Below are positions 1-8,697 of a DNA stretch of 64,000 nucleotides, piece by piece. The translations under genes were made by a program, and so were the position numbers. Origin of the DNA: a virus (taxonomy: Duplodnaviria > Caudoviricetes). The DNA is taken from IMG/VR virus record IMGVR_UViG_3300037991_002562, positions 44,869 to 108,868 of that record, one strand, 5' to 3'. The notes below the pieces were generated by a model. The model had not been told where the DNA came from, searched no databases, and saw only the letters and a list, made by a program, of their open reading frames with translations. Positions within the stretch are counted from its first letter, which is position 1, and the number at the start of each line of letters is the position of its first letter.

Positions 1-2
1 CT

Positions 3-716
3 TTAATGCGTGAGCGTAGTCCTAGTGAAGTTCATTACTTTTTTAGTAATATCAAAGGTTACGTAACCGGATATAAGGACTCTAAGGTAGAATCGGGATG
101 GTTTGAAAAAGCTAGACATAGTTTTGCTCTAAGACGAGAACGAGAGTTCAGGTCTTACTTAGGTACATTTAATTATTACCTAATTAGGGCAGGATGTAAA
201 ATAGAAGCCATTACAGACCCTTATGAGCCGCCAGATGAAGCCGCAGCTAAAGAAGATTACTATATCGAAAGAGCAACAGCGTTACTAAATTCTAAAGCAG
301 AGTCATTCATACCAAGGCACAACGATGCCTATGAGTTGAAAATGCTTTATTGTGCGTTATACGACGTAGATGAAGACAGTATCAGCTTTGACGATGCTCA
401 TGCTTTTGTTCAGTTAAAGATTGAAGAGAAGCTAGACTTCCTACACTCTATTATTCCAGTGTTCTGGGAAGAGATTAGTAAAGCATCTACTCAAAAGCTA
501 ATGGTAGCTCTTAGAGAGAAAGGTAAGCACTTTTACTTAGCGACAGGACAACAAGCTAGACCAAGCATGGCCTATGCTAAAAATGTCCTTAAAAGGTGTA
601 TGATAGAAACATTAGACGATGTAGAAGAGGTAAAAGAGTTGTATAGACGCTATTGCTTGTTCAAGGGCTACGAGAATCCACTTAACAAAGAGGAAAAAGC
701 CTGTGAAATCGTTTGA
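3..716 (+). CDS. C-terminal part of a large replication protein (probably T5-type origin-binding protein/helicase), truncated by window edge
   Basis: Frame open to window start; lies upstream of D2/D3 as T5 obp does; no motif visible. Confidence 0.4.
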   Translation, partial: LMRERSPSEVHYFFSNIKGYVTGYKDSKVESGWFEKARHSFALRREREFRSYLGTFNYYLIRAGCKIEAITDPYEPPDEAAAKEDYYIERATALLNSKAESFIPRHNDAYELKMLYCALYDVDEDSISFDDAHAFVQLKIEEKLDFLHSIIPVFWEEISKASTQKLMVALREKGKHFYLATGQQARPSMAYAKNVLKRCMIETLDDVEEVKELYRRYCLFKGYENPLNKEEKACEIV

Positions 717-966
717 TGACTTAGCTAACCCACATAAAGCACGCCCGCCTAGAAAGCGTAGGCGTGCTCCAACCAAAAACCCTAACCAACCAAAACTTAA
801 AGAGGTAGACAAAACCAGATGTCAAGTAGTACCCCTTGTGGTACGATTATTTCCAGAGTTATTAGAGCATAGCTTTAGAATAGATAACTTCAACCCTCAC
901 AACACATATATTCAGATACTCTCAGAAGCAGGAAAATTAAGAAAAGAATTGCTAAATCTCTTATAA
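703..966 (+). CDS. Hypothetical basic protein
   Basis: 87-aa ORF overlapping the upstream stop, GAGG RBS. Confidence 0.6.
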   Translation: MKSFDDLANPHKARPPRKRRRAPTKNPNQPKLKEVDKTRCQVVPLVVRLFPELLEHSFRIDNFNPHNTYIQILSEAGKLRKELLNLL

Positions 967-1006
967 TCTAATATAATATACGTATATTAAGAAATGAGGA
1001 AAGATT

Positions 1007-1252
1007 ATGAAATTCGATAGAGTTAAGTTTGTAGAAGATGCAAAACAAGGCGCTATGGTAGTAACATTTCAGAAAGTTGACAAATCTATCCGCAAGATGG
1101 TTTGTACCTTGCAACCAGAAATCGTAAATCCTACACTTAAAGGCGGAATGCGTAACACACGTCCGGAGGACGTTACGCCTGTTTACGACCTTGAAGCAAA
1201 AGGTTGGCGTTCTTTTAGAAACGATAGTGTAATGTCAGTAGAGGAGCTATAA
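1007..1252 (+). CDS. WYL-like/SH3 beta-barrel phage protein
   Basis: VTFQKVD..IRKMVCTL...VYDLEAKGWRSFR pattern; promoter-like element and GAGGA RBS upstream. Confidence 0.7.
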   Translation: MKFDRVKFVEDAKQGAMVVTFQKVDKSIRKMVCTLQPEIVNPTLKGGMRNTRPEDVTPVYDLEAKGWRSFRNDSVMSVEEL

Positions 1253-1254
1253 TT

Positions 1255-1923
1255 ATGGCTAGAGCTAAACTTGATGTAACTCCAGAACAAATGGAGAGTG
1301 TAATCGCTTATTTGGAAACAGATAAAGCGACTAAAAAAGCTGCCTGTGAGATGCTTGGCATTGCGTATAATACTAAGCGTCTAGGTACGCTTATCGAAGA
1401 TTATCAGCAAGGTCTAGAAAGAGACAAGCGACTTCGCGCTAAGAAGCGTAAAGAACCTGTTACAAAAGCCGAAGTAGTAAATATCATCACAGATTATTTG
1501 TCTGGTGATTCTTTAGCTGAACTATCAGATAACTACTACCGTAGCACAGCTATTCTTAAATACCATCTAGAAAAGCACGGTGCTCTTCTTAGAACTAACG
1601 AGCGTGTAAACGAGCTTAACCCGCCTTTGTTACCTGATGAATGTATGGCGGATTCTTTTGAAAACGGACAATACGTATGGGTAGCCAAGTATGGCTCGAT
1701 TGGTATCGTTAAGGCGAAATTTAAAAATGCGTATCGTGTCAAAGTAATCAACGAGTCTATGAACCAGTATTGTTATCAACCTCCAGAAGAGCTTGGGTCG
1801 CTTGAGCATCTGATAGAGCTTGGGGTGGATGTTAAAGGACTTATCAAGTCTGCAATGTCCGATGACGATATTTTGATAAAAGTTAACGAGGGTGTAAAAA
1901 ATGCCAACAAACGAACTAAGTAA
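1255..1923 (+). CDS. D2: T5 D2-like DNA-binding protein
   Basis: TKKAACEMLG, YLSGDS..E....YYRS, LNPP.LPD motifs recalled from T5 D2; synteny. Confidence 0.85.
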   Translation: MARAKLDVTPEQMESVIAYLETDKATKKAACEMLGIAYNTKRLGTLIEDYQQGLERDKRLRAKKRKEPVTKAEVVNIITDYLSGDSLAELSDNYYRSTAILKYHLEKHGALLRTNERVNELNPPLLPDECMADSFENGQYVWVAKYGSIGIVKAKFKNAYRVKVINESMNQYCYQPPEELGSLEHLIELGVDVKGLIKSAMSDDDILIKVNEGVKNANKRTK

Positions 1924-2038
1924 TTTTGTGATGCCGTATACTATGGCATCGCAGCAAGAATTAACCGACCTAACTAAGCGCGAGCTTGAAGCTAGTAAAT
2001 AGATCATAGATAAACTAACTAGGATTATAGAATATATT

Positions 2039-2605
2039 ATGACTAAACAAACCGATGAAAACTTTGCAACGTGTGCAGACGCAGTACGAAAAGAGAATAC
2101 TGCGCTGAAAAAGCGTATTGCTGAAATAAAACAACTAATGGAGAACGACTTAGTCGTTGTTACACGTAAAAAAGATTTTCAGATTAAAGAGCTCCAAAGT
2201 AAACTTGAGCAAACTGTCTCTGAAAAAGAAATGATAGTTAATGAAACCAAGTGTATGGTTAATAAGCTTGAGAAGCGATGTGAAGACTATGAGAAGAAAG
2301 AGCAATGCGTGAAACAGTACGTAACTGATATTGAGTCAAAACTGTTTAAGGCTAATAGTACCATCAAGGATATAACCCAGGATCTTGATAAGAAGCAAGA
2401 AATAATCAATGAACAACAAAAAGAGCTAGAGACAGCTAGTATAGAACTACGTCATTATCGCTTTAAGGATGAAGTCAACCAACTACTGTCTGATGTAGCT
2501 ACGGGGTTAGATAGTGAGATTAAGAGCTTAATGGAAGAGTACGGTGTCGAAACCTCTGGCTTCTCCGTAAAATTTGTAGTAGAAGAAGAGTATGAAGATG
2601 AGTAA
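2039..2605 (+). CDS. Coiled-coil hypothetical protein
   Basis: E/K/Q-rich heptad pattern, 188 aa. Confidence 0.65.
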   Translation: MTKQTDENFATCADAVRKENTALKKRIAEIKQLMENDLVVVTRKKDFQIKELQSKLEQTVSEKEMIVNETKCMVNKLEKRCEDYEKKEQCVKQYVTDIESKLFKANSTIKDITQDLDKKQEIINEQQKELETASIELRHYRFKDEVNQLLSDVATGLDSEIKSLMEEYGVETSGFSVKFVVEEEYEDE

Positions 2606-2695
2606 TATTACCACAGCAGAAGCAGCTAGCTCTGGTAAGCTAGACACACGAGTAGACGCGTTAGGGTTTAGTAAGTCAGAAATTCATTAAATTTC

Positions 2696-2724
2696 TTGAC
2701 CAAAAGCCCAAATCATAATATAAT
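2696..2724 (+). promoter_or_regulatory. sigma70 promoter for D3
   Basis: TTGACC-17-TATAAT. Confidence 0.8.
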
Positions 2725-2756
2725 ACCTTTTCAATAATAAAAGAAGGAAATAAAAA

Positions 2757-3152
2757 ATGTCTGACTGGACACCTGAATCAAAAGATGAACTAATTGCGCA
2801 ATACGTAACGGAAATTGAAAAATTTCCAGAAGAAGAGCGCGGCGACCACAGTGCGGGTATCGTAAAGAGCTTATCAGAGCAGTTTGATAAGACCGTTAAC
2901 GGTGTGCGTATTATTTTATCGAAAGCTGACGTTTACGTCAAGAAAACTCCAACCGCTAAAGCAGCTAAATCTGCTGACGGCTCAACTGGCGCTAAGCGTG
3001 TTAATAAAGCACAAGCAATTGAAGAACTAAAAACTGCGATTGCAACTATCGACGAAGACCTAATCGACGAAGATATCGTGACTAAACTAACAGGTAAAGC
3101 TGCGCAGTACTTCACAAGCGTTCTAACACAAGCAACAGCACTAAAGGGGTAA
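2757..3152 (+). CDS. D3: T5 D3-like DNA-binding protein (A2/D5 family)
   Basis: MSDWTPESKDELIAQY..., VNGVRIILSKA.VYVKK, RVNKAQ; synteny. Confidence 0.8.
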   Translation: MSDWTPESKDELIAQYVTEIEKFPEEERGDHSAGIVKSLSEQFDKTVNGVRIILSKADVYVKKTPTAKAAKSADGSTGAKRVNKAQAIEELKTAIATIDEDLIDEDIVTKLTGKAAQYFTSVLTQATALKG

Positions 3153-3156
3153 TAAT

Positions 3157-3501
3157 ATGGATGCAAAAACTTTTGAGCGTAACGCACAAGGCGACTTCTA
3201 CCTGTATTACCGAAAAAGTGGTAGCAATCAAATTACCTACCTTACGGGGACTCGTGACTTACACGAGTCTTCCTACATAGAAAAGGAATTACCTGATAAT
3301 GCCAGACGTAAAAACTCCGATGGTAGTTATCATATAGTAGCCAATGAGGATGGTAGTGTAAATGTGCTGAATAACAACAGAGTTGCGGTGTGGAGTTGGA
3401 ACTCATACAAGTTACGATTCTTACCACTATCTAGAATTGTTAAGATTGTACCCCTGAGTTCTGTACTAGGGAATAGCAATGCTGGAAGGTCACGTAGATA
3501 A
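3157..3501 (+). CDS. Conserved T5-like hypothetical protein
   Basis: ORF between D3 and PC4-like gene. Confidence 0.65.
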   Translation: MDAKTFERNAQGDFYLYYRKSGSNQITYLTGTRDLHESSYIEKELPDNARRKNSDGSYHIVANEDGSVNVLNNNRVAVWSWNSYKLRFLPLSRIVKIVPLSSVLGNSNAGRSRR

Positions 3502-3763
3502 ACTAGAAGTCGAACTATTCAAAAACGACGAAAAAGGAATCTTATACAAGCTGTCAGTAACCGAGTTCAGAGGTAAGTCTTATCTTTCAGTTCGGGAATG
3601 GTATTTAGATTTTGAAGGAGTTTACGCTCCAACAAAGAACGGATTTACAGTCCCGTATACTCTAGATACCACACTGGCTCTGTTTGAAGCCTTGGTAGAT
3701 CTTCTGTCTAAAGCAGAAGTGTTAGAAACTTTACTAGAGAAACGAAATGAAAGAACTACTTAA
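3479..3763 (+). CDS. PC4-like ssDNA-binding protein
   Basis: LSVTEFRGKSYLSVREWY...PTKNG PC4 signature. Confidence 0.8.
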   Translation: MLEGHVDKLEVELFKNDEKGILYKLSVTEFRGKSYLSVREWYLDFEGVYAPTKNGFTVPYTLDTTLALFEALVDLLSKAEVLETLLEKRNERTT

Positions 3764-4718
3764 AACTGCTTCTGAAGCCTACTACGATGGAAACCCAATC
3801 CTTACTAATGAGCAATACGACACATTAGAACGTATGTACGGCCAAACTATCTCTGGTAACGGAGACACACCTCACGCATTTAGAATGTACTCACTTCAAA
3901 AGTGCTACGACATGCAGGATGCCCCACTAAGCATCGAAAGATGTACCGAGACTCCCAAGCTAGACGGAGCTGCTATCTCAATATTATACGTCCAAGGAAA
4001 TTATACATTGTCTCTTACTAGAGGCGATGGATTTAAAGGGCGCGATATAACAGATAAAATCCGACAGCTTGTTCCACATAAGATCGAAACCGACAAGGAT
4101 TTAGTACAAATTACTGGAGAAGTAGTTTGTAGCCACACTATGCCTAATGCACGGAATTACGTATCTGGAGCTTTAAACCTTAAAGACTTCGACGAGTACT
4201 CTAGCAAGGTTGTAGAAGGATCTATTGAATTTGTTGCCTACTCTGTACAAACCTCGGAATCTTCTATTGGTATTACTACCTCATATCCGGATGACATGAA
4301 GTTATTATACCGAAACGGATTTTTGCCTGTAACTGAACTACAGATAGAAGATGGTTTAGCCTCTGCTTATGGAACAGCAAGCTTTCTAACAGACGGAATT
4401 GTGTACAGACTATCTAGTAACGCTCAATTCAAAGCGCATGGCTTTACCTCTAAGTTTCCAAAAGGAGCTTTTGCTTTCAAGGAGAATGCTGAGGCTGTGG
4501 AGACTACTCTTTTAGACGTAGTTTGGCAGACTGGAAAAAGCGGCAAGGTTTCTCCAGTGGCGATTCTAGAACCTGTTATGGTAGGGGATGCGAAAGTATC
4601 TCGCGCTACTCTTAACAATATAGAATTTATAAAGGCGCTAGACTTAGAAATAGGATGCAAGGTAGGCATTGTTCGCAGCGGTGAGATTATACCTTGTGTA
4701 GTTTCCCGTATTGATTAG
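3747..4718 (+). CDS. ligA: NAD-dependent DNA ligase subunit A (adenylation + OB domains)
   Basis: KLDG active-site motif, TRGDG, DGIV, WQTGKSG, RATLNN, RSGEIIP. Confidence 0.95.
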   Translation: MKELLKTASEAYYDGNPILTNEQYDTLERMYGQTISGNGDTPHAFRMYSLQKCYDMQDAPLSIERCTETPKLDGAAISILYVQGNYTLSLTRGDGFKGRDITDKIRQLVPHKIETDKDLVQITGEVVCSHTMPNARNYVSGALNLKDFDEYSSKVVEGSIEFVAYSVQTSESSIGITTSYPDDMKLLYRNGFLPVTELQIEDGLASAYGTASFLTDGIVYRLSSNAQFKAHGFTSKFPKGAFAFKENAEAVETTLLDVVWQTGKSGKVSPVAILEPVMVGDAKVSRATLNNIEFIKALDLEIGCKVGIVRSGEIIPCVVSRID

Positions 4719-4748
4719 AGTACACGGTGATATAAATCAAAAAATCAC

Positions 4749-4777
4749 TTGTAATTTTTGACAAACGTGTATATAAT
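4749..4777 (+). promoter_or_regulatory. sigma70 promoter upstream of ligase subunit B
   Basis: TTGTAA-17-TATAAT. Confidence 0.7.
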
Positions 4778-4855
4778 ACTTTCATGGTTTGGGGGAGATA
4801 AGAACTTCTCCGTAAACCTAGGAAGTTCTCTCCCAGACCTGACCAAGGAATAACT

Positions 4856-5620
4856 ATGGAAATTTTAGTACCAACAGAATGTCCCTCCTGCGGAAGTGAG
4901 CTAGAGACAGTAAACAGTCAATTGTTCTGTCGAAACTCTAAATCATGTCCTGCACAATCTACTAAGCGCGTACAGCACTTTTGTAAGATTTTAAAAATCA
5001 AGGGATTCGGAGAGGTCACTGTTAATAAACTAGAGATTTCTCATATTAACGAGCTATTAACTCTTACGGAAGAGTTTTGTAAAACAAAAGGGATAGGGGA
5101 TAAAACCTCAAGCAACTTAGTAGCTCAGATTCAAGACCGACTTAATAAAAAAATCTACGTATCAGATTTTATCTCAGGAATGTCAATACCTTTAGTAGGT
5201 ACTTCACTAGCCAAGAAGCTAGGCTCAATTAAAATAGACGACCTGACGTATGAAGCTATACGCGAAGTAGGTGGTGGCGATAAAGCTGCAAACAACTTAA
5301 TGGCTTGGATCGAAACAGACTGGATTCCAGAATTACAAACCGAATGGAATCAGTATTTAGTAACAGAAAAACCAGTCAGTAATACTATACAGCAAAAAGG
5401 TGTAGTGTGTATTACAGGCAAACTAAACGACTTTCCTAATCGAAATGCCGCAGCAACACATTTAGCGTCACTCGGTTGGGAAGTAAAATCATCAGTAACC
5501 AAAACAACACAATACTTAGTCTGCGAAGATGATTCAAAGACAGGTTCAAGCTCTTACAAAAAAGCAGAGAAACTTGGACTACCTATTGTGACAATCAAAG
5601 AATTAGAGGATAATTATTAA
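4856..5620 (+). CDS. ligB: NAD-dependent DNA ligase subunit B (Zn finger, HhH, BRCT)
   Basis: CPSC...C...C Zn finger, IKGFG HhH, VCITG..SVTKTT.YLV BRCT. Confidence 0.92.
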   Translation: MEILVPTECPSCGSELETVNSQLFCRNSKSCPAQSTKRVQHFCKILKIKGFGEVTVNKLEISHINELLTLTEEFCKTKGIGDKTSSNLVAQIQDRLNKKIYVSDFISGMSIPLVGTSLAKKLGSIKIDDLTYEAIREVGGGDKAANNLMAWIETDWIPELQTEWNQYLVTEKPVSNTIQQKGVVCITGKLNDFPNRNAAATHLASLGWEVKSSVTKTTQYLVCEDDSKTGSSSYKKAEKLGLPIVTIKELEDNY

Positions 5621-5621
5621 T

Positions 5622-6356
5622 ATGGCAAAATTTAGCTGGAATGAAGATAACACTGCGCAACTAGTAGACATGGTAGGCGCTCCTGACGAGACAATTACTC
5701 AAGCGCAACTAATCGAAGTAGCAGAACAACTTGGAACATCAGCACGTTCTGTAGGTTCTAAACTTCGTAAAATGGACTACAGCGTACAGAAAGCTAGCGA
5801 AGCTCGTAGCTCAGCATGGTCTGAAGCAGAAGAAGCAGAATTAGTAGCATTCTTAGACGCGAACAGCGGTGATTACACTTACGGCGAAATCAGCTCTGCT
5901 ATCCTAGGCGGGAAGTTCTCTCCTAAACAAGTACAAGGTAAAGTACTTAGCCTAGAAAAAACATCTGACGTAAAGCCAACTGAAAAAGTTGCTCCACCAC
6001 GTAAATATACTGAAGAGCAAGAAGCTAAGTTTGTAGAGATGGCTCAAGCCGGTGAAAGCCTTGAAGCAATTGCAGAAGCGTTAGGTGTAAGCCTTAACTC
6101 TGCTCGCGGTAAAGCTCTAGCGCTAACTAAGTCTCATAATATCGAGATGCCTAAGCAAGCGAAAAGCAACGCACAAGCTCGCGTAGACGTATTTGAAGGC
6201 GTTGACGTTGAAACAATGACAGTAGAACAACTAGTAGAAGCTACTGGACGTACTGCTCGCGGTATTCGTTCTACACTATCTCGTCGTGGCTTAACATGCG
6301 TAGACTACGATGGTGCTGCAAAGCGTAAGAAGTTAGACGAAGCATCTGCTGAGTAA
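5622..6356 (+). CDS. D5: T5 D5-like DNA-binding transcription regulator
   Basis: Repeated W/Y-x-E-E HTH-like units; position after ligB. Confidence 0.85.
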   Translation: MAKFSWNEDNTAQLVDMVGAPDETITQAQLIEVAEQLGTSARSVGSKLRKMDYSVQKASEARSSAWSEAEEAELVAFLDANSGDYTYGEISSAILGGKFSPKQVQGKVLSLEKTSDVKPTEKVAPPRKYTEEQEAKFVEMAQAGESLEAIAEALGVSLNSARGKALALTKSHNIEMPKQAKSNAQARVDVFEGVDVETMTVEQLVEATGRTARGIRSTLSRRGLTCVDYDGAAKRKKLDEASAE

Positions 6357-6375
6357 TATTTAGTACTACCTAAGA

Positions 6376-6407
6376 GGGAGTGAGTGAGTTACTCACTCCC
6401 TTTTTTC
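6376..6407 (+). terminator. Rho-independent terminator
   Basis: GGGAGTGAGT...ACTCACTCCC stem followed by T-run. Confidence 0.8.
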
Positions 6408-6421
6408 TTATAGGGGCAATA

Positions 6422-7810
6422 ATGATAAATACTGAAGGCTTAGTCCTTAAATTGCTGATGCACAGTAAAGAGTCAGAACAAGCATTATTAGCCTTCTCAA
6501 GAATAAAAGAAAAGCACTTCTCAGAATCCTTCAAACCCGTATTTACTGCTATTAAAGATTTCTACCACGAGTTCAACACTCTGCCATCTAGTAACGACAT
6601 TTCTATTTATAGAGGAAGGTCGGCTAGGGTTCAAGTAGTTCTAAAGTCTATTCAGAATTTAGATATTACTAACCTAGACTTGGATGTAGCGGTGGAAGCT
6701 TTATTAGATAACCACTCCCAAGAGGTTGCACTAGATTTAATAACCGACTTTGTAGACAACGTATCTCTCCTTTCTAGGAACGAAATGTTGGATACTTTGG
6801 CAAGACTACCTATCTACTTTGAACAAGAGATTGAGTCTCCAGAGAAAGTATTAACTGCGCATGAACTAACAGCGTTCAAACCTAAAGAAGACATTCTTAA
6901 AGACGCAGTTCTACTTGGGTTATCTAATACGTGGGACAGTAAAATAACGTGTCAAATAGAAGACCTAATACTGTTAGGGGGAAGAAGAGGATCCGGTAAA
7001 AGTATTGTATGCTCCAATATTGTAGCAAATCAAATGGAGCAAGGAAACGTTGGTGTCTATTTCACAATAGAAATGACTGGACAGGAGACATTCCAGAGGA
7101 TACTTTCTATAGTTACTGGTGTTAACTATGGGAATATAAAAGCTGGTGAATTTAGTGTTGAAGAGCAAAAGGCTATCGCAGAATGGCTGGCTAGTCAATA
7201 CGAAGAGTCAGAAGATATTTTAGATGAATTTTTAAAGTCTGACGACCCTGACCCTTACTTATTCGAAAAACAACTAAAATCAACTTGCACACCTATTAAG
7301 GACAGTAAGTTAGTTGTTATAGATGACAGGGAACTTTCACTAGCATCAATCGATGTTCAGCTATCAAAACTAAAAGCCAAGTATGGCGATAGGTTCAAGG
7401 TTGCCGTAATAGATTACGTTAACCAAGTGGTTTGGGATGGTCACGAATCTGAAATGTATGATTGGAAGATACAGACTATTATAGCTAAGCAACTTAAAAA
7501 CTTAGCTAGGAAATATGGAATACTAATTGTTTCACCTTACCAGATAGACTCTACCGGAGAAGCTAGACTTTCTAAAGGTATACTAGATGCTTGCGATACA
7601 GCACAGCTACTCGAACCAGATAAGGAAACCAGCACAATTACATTCATACCGTCAAAAGTTAGAAGCAGTTCTGACGAAGTTACATCGACGGTAGCAATAG
7701 CATGGAATTGTCTAAAGATACATCCTAAAGAAGTCAATATAGACGACTTGAGACCAGAAGAAGAAAGTAAAGAAAATACTTTCCCATCTGGCGCAGGAGA
7801 GTTAGTGTAA
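6422..7810 (+). CDS. DnaB-like replicative helicase (T5 D6)
   Basis: Walker A GRRGSGKS, FTIEM, VIDY; start moved to ATG 6422 after the terminator. Confidence 0.9.
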   Translation: MINTEGLVLKLLMHSKESEQALLAFSRIKEKHFSESFKPVFTAIKDFYHEFNTLPSSNDISIYRGRSARVQVVLKSIQNLDITNLDLDVAVEALLDNHSQEVALDLITDFVDNVSLLSRNEMLDTLARLPIYFEQEIESPEKVLTAHELTAFKPKEDILKDAVLLGLSNTWDSKITCQIEDLILLGGRRGSGKSIVCSNIVANQMEQGNVGVYFTIEMTGQETFQRILSIVTGVNYGNIKAGEFSVEEQKAIAEWLASQYEESEDILDEFLKSDDPDPYLFEKQLKSTCTPIKDSKLVVIDDRELSLASIDVQLSKLKAKYGDRFKVAVIDYVNQVVWDGHESEMYDWKIQTIIAKQLKNLARKYGILIVSPYQIDSTGEARLSKGILDACDTAQLLEPDKETSTITFIPSKVRSSSDEVTSTVAIAWNCLKIHPKEVNIDDLRPEEESKENTFPSGAGELV

Positions 7811-8664
7811 TGTCTAGAGTTGAAGAGATTTTAGATAGAAAGAAAATTCACTACGTTCCTAAGGGTAAAGATGTATTAGTTAAGTGCTTCAACCCAGAGC
7901 ACGAAGATACGCATCCTTCATTACGTATAGACCGGGAAACTGGTCTATACCACTGTTTAAGTTGTGGTTATAGAGGAAACATACTTACTCAATTACGAGA
8001 TCCTACCCCAGCGTACACCGCAAAAGTAGCAAAAATAAAACAGTCAATTTCTAAGCTTCGCGCCCACCGCGTAGTTTCGTATCCTGCCGATATGCATTCA
8101 CCTATTACGTATGAGTATCGGGGAATTGGTATAGATACGCTAGAGAAATTTGGTGCGTTTAAATCGGAAGAGATGTTTCCAGATAGGATAGTAATACCTA
8201 TCTCAGACTATAACGAAAACCTAGTGTGTATGATTGGTAGATATGAAAACACTGACATATCTCCTAAATACCTAATGAAGCCCAAAGACGTTCAAACTCC
8301 TTTGTTTCCGTCACCTATTAAATGTGACCTATCCTCAGGCGTTTTGATACTAGTGGAAGGTTTATTCGACGTAATTAACTTACACGACAAATCTCTTACT
8401 AACGTCGCGGCAACGCTAGGAACAAAACAATTGACAGCCAAGAACATATTTGATAAACTATTACCATATATGTCGAGTGGCGTCTCGAAAATAGTAATCG
8501 TATTTGACCCTGATAAATCAGGAATCGAATCCGCAGATAAACTAAAAAAGCTAATAGACTACAATACGGACTTAGTATGCGAGGTTTACAAGTTACCTGG
8601 CTCTAAAGACCCCGGTAGCCTAACTTATGACGAGGTTCAGACTCTTAAGTCTAGAATCATGTAG
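7810..8664 (+). CDS. DNA primase
   Basis: CFNPEH...CLSC Zn domain, VEGLFD and FDPD TOPRIM motifs. Confidence 0.92.
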   Translation: MSRVEEILDRKKIHYVPKGKDVLVKCFNPEHEDTHPSLRIDRETGLYHCLSCGYRGNILTQLRDPTPAYTAKVAKIKQSISKLRAHRVVSYPADMHSPITYEYRGIGIDTLEKFGAFKSEEMFPDRIVIPISDYNENLVCMIGRYENTDISPKYLMKPKDVQTPLFPSPIKCDLSSGVLILVEGLFDVINLHDKSLTNVAATLGTKQLTAKNIFDKLLPYMSSGVSKIVIVFDPDKSGIESADKLKKLIDYNTDLVCEVYKLPGSKDPGSLTYDEVQTLKSRIM

Positions 8665-8697
8665 CACACTAACTCAGTGTATAAACTAAGGAATTAT

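Noticed and set aside
1928-1952. Hairpin GTGATGCCGTA-TAC-TATGGCATCGC after D2
   Set aside because: Single stem without U-tail; most simply an mRNA stability or pause element
3747-5620. Split ligase as pseudogene or intron
   Set aside because: Two-subunit NAD ligase is normal for T5-like phages; the spacer lacks group I core motifs
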